Origin: the human T2T-CHM13v2.0 reference genome, Homo sapiens | Reading direction: 5' to 3' (one strand) | DNA length: 64,000 nt | Assembly: GCF_009914755.1 (NCBI RefSeq) | Contig: NC_060926.1 | Shown here: positions 54,140-64,000 of the stretch, piece by piece | Layout: each line of letters begins with the position of its first letter | How positions within the stretch are numbered: position 1 is the first letter of the stretch | Notes under the pieces: model-generated | What the model was told of the DNA's origin: nothing | Database searches by the model: none | The model's input: the letters and a program-made list of their open reading frames with translations, nothing else | Made by a program: the position numbers and the translations under genes

Positions 54140-55440
54140 ACTGGGCCGTATTAAATATTGTTGAATTTGATTGTCTGTATTTTGTTTAGATTTTCTACCC
54201 ATGTTGACATAGATGAGATTAGCCTGTGGTGTTTCTTTCTCATAGTATCTTCTCTTGTTACTTTTCTTTGATTAACATGATTATGATAACCTTATAAAAT
54301 GAGTTGAGGAGTATTTGCTCATCTTCCATCTTCTGGAAATGTTTAAACATTTTTAAATTTGTTATTGAATAATTGGCAAAAGTTGTCGGTGAAGTCTTTC
54401 AGCTTTGCGTTTTGATTGTGAGATGAATTTACTGCAGATGTTGTGATTTTATTGAATTTAAGATTATTTAGATTTCACTGTGGGCTAGTTTGGTTAAGTT
54501 ATAGTTTTCTAAGAATTTATCCATTTTATGTAAATATGCAAATTGACTCAAATAAAGTTATAATTAATCTATTTAATTGGGTGTCTAGGTTATTAAAAAT
54601 AGTAAACACTTATTTTAGGCTATGTGTATATTAATTCCCCTTAAGTTAAAAATGAGGATATAAATAGCAAAAGGCCTTTAAAATAAAATATAAAATATGG
54701 TCATAACCTCAGCAGAGGGAAAGAGTTTTTCAAAAGGATATGAAATTATTAAGCATAAAGTAAAAGATTATAAAATTTGCTTTGCTAAAATTAAGATTAA
54801 AAAAATTAAAAGACACCATAAGAAAAATGAAAAGTCAAGCCACAGAATGGGAAGAAAAACTTGCAAAACATATAGCTAACAAAGAATTAATACCCAATCT
54901 ATGTTAAAAAAATAAAAAAAAAACACTATAATATACCAATGAAAAAAGATACATAGAGATATGGATTAAAAATAACAAATAAAATTTACAAAACAAGATA
55001 TCTACATCAAGACACCATAACTAGGAATGCATTTAAGTCTGACCAAACATTTATGGCAGTGTGGAGCAATGGGAACTCTTGTATGCTGCTGGCCAAAATA
55101 AAAACCAGTGCAAATACACAGAACAGTCTTCTGGCAATACCCAGTAAAACTTCAGTATGTGTGAACACATGACCAGTAATTCTGCTCCTAGGTATCTGCC
55201 CCCGAGAAGTTATTGCTCACGAGTACCAGGATATATCCTAGAATATTCATAGGTGCATTTTCTGAAATAGTCGAACCTAGAAACTACTCAGATTCCTATG
55301 CCTTATAGAATAGATACATATATTGTGGTATGTTTATACAAATGATATTACATAAAATTAAAAAAAATCTACAGTTATCTTCAACAACGTGAATATTCCA
55401 CAAAGCATATTATTGAGGAAAAAGGCAAGGCCCAAGAGAG
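54140..55440. mobile_element. Old L1M fragments (minus strand ~54140-54570, plus strand ~54640-55440)
   Basis: Degenerate L1 ORF2/3' UTR-like phrases (AAGTCAAGCCACAGAATGGGAAG; CCAGTAATTCTGCTCCTAGGTAT). Confidence 0.7.
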
Positions 55441-55915
55441 AAGGTGAAATTTCCAGCGTGATTATGTCACCCTGAACATCAGATCAGGGGACACTTCTGT
55501 CCCAATCCCTTCATCTCATTCAAGTGCTGCAGTGTCTCAGGCCACACCATTAGACTCCCAGTTCTGCTTTTGGCTTCACCTTCTACTGGCCACCACCCCC
55601 TGACTGTCTCCACTCTAGTCTCACTGGCTGCCATGCTGGTTTTGAACACACCAGGCAAGGTCACTCTTTGAGTCTTCGCATGGCTCTTTCTGTTCAGAAC
55701 CCTCTTCCCCAGATGGCCAGAGGCCCACTGTAGCACTTCCTTCAGATCCTGATGAGAATGTTCCACTTTCAATGAAGCTTTCTCAGGCCACTCTCTTTCG
55801 CTTTATTATTCTCAAAAAACATCATCACTACATAATCTATTATTCATGTCTTCATTCATTCATTTATTTATCTAATTAATCATCTGTCTGCTCCTACTAA
55901 ACTGCAACCTATGTG

Positions 55916-56024
55916 ATAATATTGGTGCAAAAGTAATTTCAGTTTTTGCCATTAAAAGTGAGGGCCATAAACCTCAATTGCTTCTAATGGCAAAACCTGC
56001 AATAACTTTTGCACCCACCTAATA
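55916..56024. mobile_element. Extended MADE1 within an L2 fragment (approx. 55480-56110)
   Basis: TTGGTGCAAAAGTAATTTCAGTTTTTGCCATT...TAATGGCAAAACCTGCAATAACTTTTGCACCCACCTAATA with ~25 bp of extra centre. Confidence 0.85.
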
Positions 56025-57849
56025 TCTTTTTTTAAAAATTGCTTCATCCTTAGTTCTTATACAGTGTCTAACTCATAGTTGGTATTAAATAAATACTATT
56101 TTATTGAATGGTAAAGCAAATGGGAAATCCACACTCCAATTCCAGGGAAGTGATTACCACTGAGGGTGGTGAATGGAGACAGCATTCGAAGCTGGTGGCT
56201 TACATATACCTATTACATGTGTCGCATTAAAAAGTGAATAATCAAAAGCATATAATGCAAAAATATTAACAGAACTTTAATCTCAGCTGTGCATATATTT
56301 GTTTCTATTTGCTTTCCTGTATGTTTGAAATTTAAAATGTTTTATAATTTCTTTAACATAAAGAGGAGAAAACTTTGGAAGTTTGGCATGCTACATTGTT
56401 CTTTTGGGATATAACATGTTATTTCCTTTAAACTCAGTATTTCTCAGAGATATTTGAACATGAGATACATTTTTTTTTCAACTGAACAGCTATAAATGAT
56501 TTCTGCAAATAAATTTGGTTCCCTGTCTGTTTTACTACTCAACCAACCAATATTTATAAAATACCAACTACAAGTTAGACACTCAGTCTGAAAACTGAGG
56601 ATAGAGCAGTTAAAAAAATGATATACCATGTTATCAGGTGGGTTATAGTCCAGTGACAACAGACAGATGACAAACAAGTGGAATAAATGAATGATTCAAT
56701 GCTGGGATGATAGATTAAGTAGCGGGGATGTTAAAGAGAAAAACAAAGCAAGAAAGAAAGACAGTGGCCTGAGAAACGAGATAAACTTTGACTTCATTCT
56801 CCTTTCAACTTGGATCTTGTTTATCTCTAAGGTTTGCCAATATGTACTAGGATCAAAGCTCTCCTATACAATACTTTAACACTAAGACATTTACAAAAGT
56901 AGATCTCATTATCACATTGTATTAGTTATGTATGTATGTATATATGTATGTATGTATGTATATATGTATCAGTTTTCTAACCATGCTGCTTGATTTCCCA
57001 AATCAAGTACATCATATTAAAAAACATCATAAACAATACCTCATATTAATTTTCCAAATCAAGCTGCATGATTTGGGAATGAATATGAGATACTGTTTAT
57101 GTAGATCATATTAATTTATATTCACCTCTGCGCTTGTCTAACTGAATTCATTTTTTAAGTTATATGTGGAGCTCTGCCTCAGATTTTGAGGGAGAAGGGG
57201 CTACATACATACATATGCCCTCAAGGAAAATGACAAATAAGTAACTGTTTTTCATTTTGTTTTGGCTTCCTGGGGGCTTATAGCCCTTTTTTTTCAAATA
57301 AATTATATAAAATCTTGGACAAACTAAGCTAAGCCAAGGTGAACCTGGTCAGAATGATAAAATAATAAGAAAACAAATCCTTTGAAGGAGAAAAATGGCA
57401 GAAAAATTTGCTAAGAGAAAAAACAAACTTATTTTTATGTTTTCAAATATTTGAGAAGTGTATGCAACTTATCTGCTGACCCCAGAAGGCACAACTAATA
57501 CCAATGAGTAAAAATGCAATACAAGAAAGAACTTTCTAGTTATCATAACCATCAAGATGGACTGAAACCTATCATTAGTGTCTAATAAGCATGTCTAGTA
57601 CACATGGAAAAATATTGAAGTTTCTTTCCAACTCTCCAGTTCCATGAATCTATAAATGTTGTTCTTCTGATATTTCTGCCAGTCTTCTCTGTAATCTGGA
57701 ATGAGTGAGCTCACTTCCCACAAAAGACCAACGCTCCTTCCTCATTTAGCTTCTCTCTAAAGGCTCTGACATCTATTTACAAAAATTCTTAGTGTCACAG
57801 AGTTCAATGAAGGGTGTTTGCACATATGTAAATAAGTGTGCATGCCTTG

Positions 57850-58140
57850 TCCAGGGTTGTTAAAGGTTACTGATGCGTGCCATAAATTTTTAAGAGTCAT
57901 CTGCTGCTCTGGGCAGAGGCCACGGCTGGTAAGGCTGTTGTGCTGCCATCCACTCATCATAAATCCTTCAGAAGGCTTCGCACTGTCATGGGCAATTTTG
58001 TTTTTATTGTTACTCTTTCATTTAACAGAACATGATAAATTGGTCCTGTCTATTGTGCATTTCTCAAATAGCCACTTCCTGGTTCATTATCATGATTATA
58101 TGACACGTGAAAAGAATAGGGAAGGCTGAGTTAATGGGGC
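57850..58140. promoter_or_regulatory. Candidate enhancer (HOX/CDX-type and E-box motifs)
   Basis: Repeat-free; GCCATAAA, TCATAAA, GATAAATTGG, CACGTG, TTAATGG. Conservation not verified. Confidence 0.35.
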
Positions 58141-59309
58141 TGTCTATGAGCCACAGACGGCTAGGAAACTAAAAAGATCTGCATGTTGACAGAATCACAG
58201 CTGAGTATCGGGACCCACCAGATGTCCCTGAGCTGTGACCAAAATCAAGGAGCGTTTGTTGACACCCCACCCACACACGCCAACACCCACAAAGGTTATG
58301 CGTTAAAGGAAGATGACAGATCAGTATAGTGCAAAAAGGAATCAAAATAAAAAATAAAATATTTAATGTTTTCCTTATGAGTCTTCCAATTGCTTTCTAT
58401 GTGTCCCCTATAACTCTCTCTATTGTGCAAAAATCCAATTAACAATTTCATAAATCAATTACAATAGTTTTTTTAATGAAGTTATCAAATATTTAATGGA
58501 TGTTCTTCAGAGCACAATGGTGAAATTCAATATCTAGTAAATTAGTTTTTTTAACCTACTCCCAGAATATGCTTAATTATGTAACATAATTTTGTGTTAG
58601 GTATTTCGTGACAGAAACAAGTACTATTTGGTCATTACAATCTCATGATTATAATTCATCAAAGTGATTTCAGAAATGATTTTACCATTATTCAGCAACA
58701 ATATCAACAAAACAGCCAATACTAAATTGAAGTGGAGTTACATATTTTCTAACGTCAGAAACCATTTTTCTAGGCCCAGAGTTTTATGAGTGTGTACTGC
58801 ACATAACCAGCAATAGTAGTGATGAGGACTAACACATGCACAGAGCTTTGGAGTCTGAAATGGATTTGCTCACCTGTTCTCTCCTTTGATCTTCCTGATT
58901 ATGCTGAGAGGTAGACAAGCTCTACTTCATTTTCCAAATGAAAAACTAAAGACTCAGGGAGGTTAAGTGACTTTTCTTGGAGATGAATCTAAAGTGTGCT
59001 AGGCTGGAATTCTCGCTTCAAAATCTGTTTTCTCTTCCATTTTCTTTTCTTTTCCAACTCTGTCTCTCTGTCCATCAAAAAATCTGTTACTTCCCCTGCC
59101 ACACCATGCCTTGTGGCTGATGCCTCAGTAACACTGAAATGCTGTTGGTGAGCAGACCTGCCATGTGATTCCAGAAGCCCATGCCTTTTACAGGCTGTTC
59201 CGATGGCTTGAAATTCTTCTCCAGGTGAACAATGAAGCTCCTATTGATCTTATAAAATTCTTAATTGTCTTCATCTCCTTAGTATCACATTTCCAGACAC
59301 CTTTCCATA

Positions 59310-61700
59310 TTTTTTAAAGCTTTGTATTTAATGCCCAAACACACCCCAAAATAGAACTTCTTCCAGCCTCAACATTTGTCAATCTTCAGTCCTTTGTGAT
59401 TCTTCTATCATTTCCTTGATGTATTTGTTGGTTTTGTGTTGTTGTTTGCTAGAAATTTTCAAAACAAATTTTAGACATCTGTGAATATGTTCATATACAT
59501 TCTAAAAAGTTTTGTTTCCCATCTGTAAACAATTTATGATTATGTCATTTCTTCCCCAGTATGTCATCAATTGTCCTCAATTTTTTCAACGTGTATCTTC
59601 TGTTGGCTTATTCAAATAAGGATTAGAGGAGATTCTCACACTGTACTTTCTTGATGTGGAACTTCCACCTCCCTCAGTCTATAACACTTACCTCCTACAT
59701 TTCCCCCAAGCTTTTTCTTTCTTGAAGAGATGGTATAATTTCTCAGAGTCTGGATTTGATTCATTGTATCTCTTGCTATTTACTATGTTCTTTTATCTTA
59801 TTTCTTATTAACTGGGCAATTAAGTCTAGATGCTTGATTACATTCAGGCTGTATATATAGATAGATGAAACTTGATTAAATGCTTGATTAAGTTCGTTTT
59901 GTATGTATGCATATATGAATAATTGAAATAGGGTATCAAGCATTTCCTATTGCACCATATCAGAGAAGTATATACAATCTTATTGTTCCACTTTTAAAAC
60001 AGTAAAATTAATATCTGGGTTCAGACATTATCAATCTGATCCATTCATCAATGACATCCCTGTCAATCTTTCCCAGTGGATTTCACCCATGGTAAAGAAG
60101 GAAACAAAAGAAAACAAATATTTGTTACCTAGCACCATTATTTCATTGGAAGTAGCAAAATGGTAATTTCTAAATTCGAAAATTTGTCCTTTTTATAATT
60201 TTTTCTACAACAAACTTAGCCTCATCAAGTATTTTGTTTTCTAAAATGCAGTCCATACCAGAAAGGCAAGATAAATGTTGTCATCTTCTTTTACTTAGCA
60301 ATATTTAGAATAATCAGAAGGTGCCCTAGCAAACTCCAAAGTTGATCAATAAGGTTATTACTTTTAAAAATGTATTATTATAAATGAATGGATGTGTGCA
60401 CATTTGTGTGTATGTATATGTGTGTGTACATTCTCAAATGATTTTTATGGTGTAATTCACTCCTCTGCAGTTGACATTCTCTTGGTTGCTCAAATTTTCT
60501 CATCAAAGGCAGCAGAAATCCATTTTTCAAGTTGCTTCTTATATAGACGGCCTCTTGTTCATTGGTGATCATTTCTTTGCTTTCGACATGACCAAGTGTC
60601 CCAGGCTCATATTTTATTAGACGAGACCTTTTAAATTGCTGAAATTCAACCATTTTGAACCTACAAAGGGACAACGTAATACAGTTCAAACTAATACATA
60701 TTTTGCTCCTATCCTAGAGTCAGCTAGTTCAGGGAGTCCTGGTTCCTTATAGTGAAATAGTGTTTAGATATCATAGGGGATTAAATGTTAATTGGTCATG
60801 GCTTTTGATTACTTCAATACATATTTCTTAAAAGATAAAAAAACATGAGTTTATAATACTTTTTTAATTTATGTAAAGATTATATGATTTTATTTTTATT
60901 GAAATTCTCTTTTTATTTTTGTATTTCCTTTCTCTTATGATGAAAATCTTCCTTTCTAATTATACTAATAAAAACACATTTTCTTTATCCTATTTAAACT
61001 ATGCTAGGCATATGCAATAGTCTCAAAAACAAGGTAGTAATGTCAATATTGCTGACAGAACAAATATATTATAACAAAGCTGTTATAGATTACCAGATGC
61101 AATATAAGATACTGTGTTAGGTTTTTCTTTCATTGCTGTAAAGAAATACATGAGACTGGATAATGTATAAAGAAAATGGGTTTAATTGGCTCATGGTTCC
61201 GCAGGCTGTACAGGAAGCATAGCTTTGGCATTTGCTTCTGGAGAGGCCTCAGGAAGCTTCCAACCATGGCAGGAGGTGAAGGAGGAACAGGAACATCAAC
61301 GGCAAAAGGAGGACCAAGCGAGGGTAAGGAAAAGGGCCACATGCTTTTAAATGACCAGATCTCCTGTGAAATCAAAGCAAGAGCTCAGTTTTCACCAAGT
61401 GGATGCTGTAAACCATTCATGAGGGATCTGCCCCCACGATGCTAACATTTCCCAGCCAGCCCCACCTCCAACATTGGTGATTACATTTCAGTGTGAGATT
61501 TGGGTGGGGGCAAACATGAAAACCATACCAGATACCTTGTGTTTACTTTTAGGTTTGAATATACTTGGGTTTTAGAGTAACTTAATCATTATCTGACTTC
61601 CTGTACTACCCAGCTGATATATTTTAGGTCCATTTATTTCTATTAGTTTTCTATTTTTACAGATTTTTTCTTTTTAATTTTTTAAAAAATTACATAATAG
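59310..61700 (-). mobile_element. Highly diverged L1M (L1MC/ME-like) fragments
   Basis: T-rich sequence with L1M 3'-end-like phrases, interrupted by the MST LTR. Confidence 0.5.
61113..61530 (-). mobile_element. MSTA/MSTB solo LTR (MaLR)
   Basis: TGTGTTAG...AACCATACCA with a perfect 5-bp TSD GATAC (61108-61112, 61531-61535). Confidence 0.92.
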
Positions 61701-61909
61701 TTTTCATAGTTTTAGAGTCCTCCAGCTATTTTATAGTACCATCTTAATATTTATGTTGTTTGTAATCATTGTATGTACGATATTATAAATTTGTGTGTTT
61801 TCATGCCAGTACATCTCACTTGACCAGGAAGTAAGTGAGGTCAGGTTCTATGTCTATATATAGCAAAGTAGTTGGCAAGAGAGAAAGTTCTAAACTTAGC
61901 CATGAGTCT

Positions 61910-61913
<4 letters not shown>

Positions 61914-61957
<44 letters not shown>
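61914..61957. repeat. (TG)n microsatellite
   Basis: About 22 TG units. Confidence 0.97.
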
Positions 61958-61958
<1 letters not shown>

Positions 61959-62209
61959 TGTGAATAAAAGAATGAAACAGTTGTACATCAGAAGGGTAAA
62001 CTTGTAATGTTCATTTCTGGAATATATAACATGTGTGTTGATCTCAATAAAGACTAGGAACATAGATTGCTGTGGTATATTTGGAATCATTGGGTGTATT
62101 TCCATGTTGAAAAGTGAAAAAAATTAGTGCTGAATTAGGTAAAATGAATACATCTTAGTAGAATGAAGATGAGATATTAGCTGTGAAGGGCTTTTTGAAA
62201 TTAGAACCT

Positions 62210-62460
62210 CAATGGTCAAGCTCTATGACTCTAGTTAGGCAGATCCAGATTCAAATCCCAGCCCAGCTCTACCTCTGAATAAATATATAATATTGGACAA
62301 GTTGTCTACATTTTCTCTAACCCAAATTCCCTTATTATGCAATGGAGACAGTAAAAATTCCTGTCTCTTAAGGTTGCTGTGAGGAATCAGTGATAAAATA
62401 AATACAATGTGCTTATCAAAGGGCTATGAACATAGAAATTAAGTAGCTATTACTAAAGAA
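62210..62460 (+). mobile_element. MIR
   Basis: CAGATTCAAATCCCAGCCC...TTGGACAAGTT...AAGGTTGCTGTGAGGAATCAGTGATA matches the MIR core. Confidence 0.75.
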
Positions 62461-62609
62461 CTGTTATTACCACCATCATCATAATTATCTACTGCTACTG
62501 CTAATATTACTATTTACCACACTGTTTTTAAATGCACTTCAAATTTATTAACAAAGGTAGTAGTTCTACCTTAATTACAAGTACAGGACTCCACATTTAA
62601 TGCCTAAGG

Positions 62610-62782
62610 TAGTAGCTCTCAACCTTTACTGTACTTGGAAGCGGGTGAGGGACCTAAAAAGTATGGATGCCTGGTTGCCACCCCTGAGGATCTGATGTCA
62701 TTGCTCTGCAGTGTGGACCAAGCGTGGGGTTTGAAAAGCTCTCAGGTGATTATAATGTAGCACTAGGATGGGGGAAAACTGC
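62610..62782. mobile_element. MER5A-like
   Basis: CTCTCAACCTTTACTGTAC...AAAAGCTCTCAGGTGATTATAATGTAGCACTAGG..AAAACTGCT. Confidence 0.7.
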
Positions 62783-64000
62783 TGAAGGCCTTCAGATTTC
62801 AAATGATCAAGTGAGAGGCTGTTTGTTAACATTTGACTTATTCATTTATATGCACAATTCTGCCTGGCAGTTTGTGAAAAGTCAAAATAATCAAAATCAA
62901 TTTCCATTAAGAGCACTATGCACACCCTAGCTAGGATTCGGGGACACCCTTTTTCTCTGCCATTCTCTATCTGCTAACTATAATAAAGGTTTTCATTATC
63001 AGTAAAAAACCACTTGTGACTCAAGCTAAAGTACCAGTGAATCCCATTCATGTCATATGAAGTAAAGATAAAATGAATCAGTACTCCCAGGGACTAACAT
63101 CCGGAGGTCAGTGAAGACCATTCTGCTCAGGAAAAAATAGATATGAGGCACATTATCTCCTCTCCCAAATATTGTGTTAATCTCTAAGTTTGATACATGT
63201 TAAGGATGAATACTTAAAAAGAAAGAAGCACGCAGTTCAACCCCCTGCACCAGCATGAGCTGAATCTCCAAGTGCCGTTGTGCTTTGTATTTTTTCGTCT
63301 TATTCTTCCTGATGAATGTAAAAACATTGCGGCTCACAATGCAACTAGGATAATCAATAAGGACCGTTACAAACAACCCAGGCATTTTAAAGCTCTCCAT
63401 AATTACAATGGAGACATAATTACATAAACATTTTAAAAACACACAGCAGTATTACTGTAGCACCTTAGCTTTAAAATCAGATCCTGGCTGAGTCCTATAT
63501 TTATGATTTATTAATTTTACTCACGATTTTCACATGAACATAGTTTTCAATGCTGAACAGACACAGGGCAGCACCATCATTGATGCAGTAGGCTGGACCA
63601 CGCCCCTCTCTGCTTACTCCACGTGTGTGCCGCAGGACAGCTAAGGATGGGGAACGGGAAGGCTGAAACTATTTTCTTCAGCTCTGTTTGAAAAGTAAAC
63701 AAATTGTATCACTTAGAAGAAAAATTCAAGAACTTCTGATTTCTCTTCAGGCCACTGTACCCGCACATCTGCTTGATTTTCAGTTCATTGAGAAGCCTAG
63801 TTTTGAGTTGTAAAGATTCAAGGACAATAGTAAGTCATATCTTTTGAACGATCTGAATAATAAGAATCGATGTCACCAGAATTTTACTCCATTCCATAAA
63901 TGTATAGATATAGATATAGATACTTCTTTTTTTTATTTCTGGCATTGGAACCAGGCTCTATGTCAAGAAAAAACTGAGTTAATAGTGCAATCAGGAATAC

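Overview
Primate, most likely human, gene-poor and AT-rich genomic DNA. I find no credible host protein-coding exon and could not identify the locus. The window opens inside a + strand HERV-H provirus (degenerate gag/pro/pol, env largely deleted) that ends in an LTR7-type 3' LTR at 3578-4029. The rest is a mosaic of Alu, L1 (including a young 5'-truncated L1PA2-like copy), MaLR LTRs (THE1/MST/MLT1), MIR/L2 and DNA transposons (MADE1, MER5, MER20, a MULE-type Ricksha), with repeat-free stretches rich in homeodomain motifs that may be enhancers. The dominant unusual feature is a ~3.8-kb ACT/ACC array with a recently homogenised 30-bp minisatellite core. That core is almost G-free on the + strand and contains an internal 667-bp-offset duplication. 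Close reading also shows a small retrocopied transcript end inside a THE1 LTR (Alu fragment, AATAAA, A-tail, target-site duplication), a poly(A)-only insertion, an L1PA2 without a target-site duplication (TSD), and several short templated duplications between 39.6 and 48.6 kb. I see no strong evidence of a new multi-gene system. The best leads are the minisatellite, the retrocopy and the cluster of template-switch scars. Repeat subfamily names come from recalled consensus sequences, and boundaries of old repeats are approximate.
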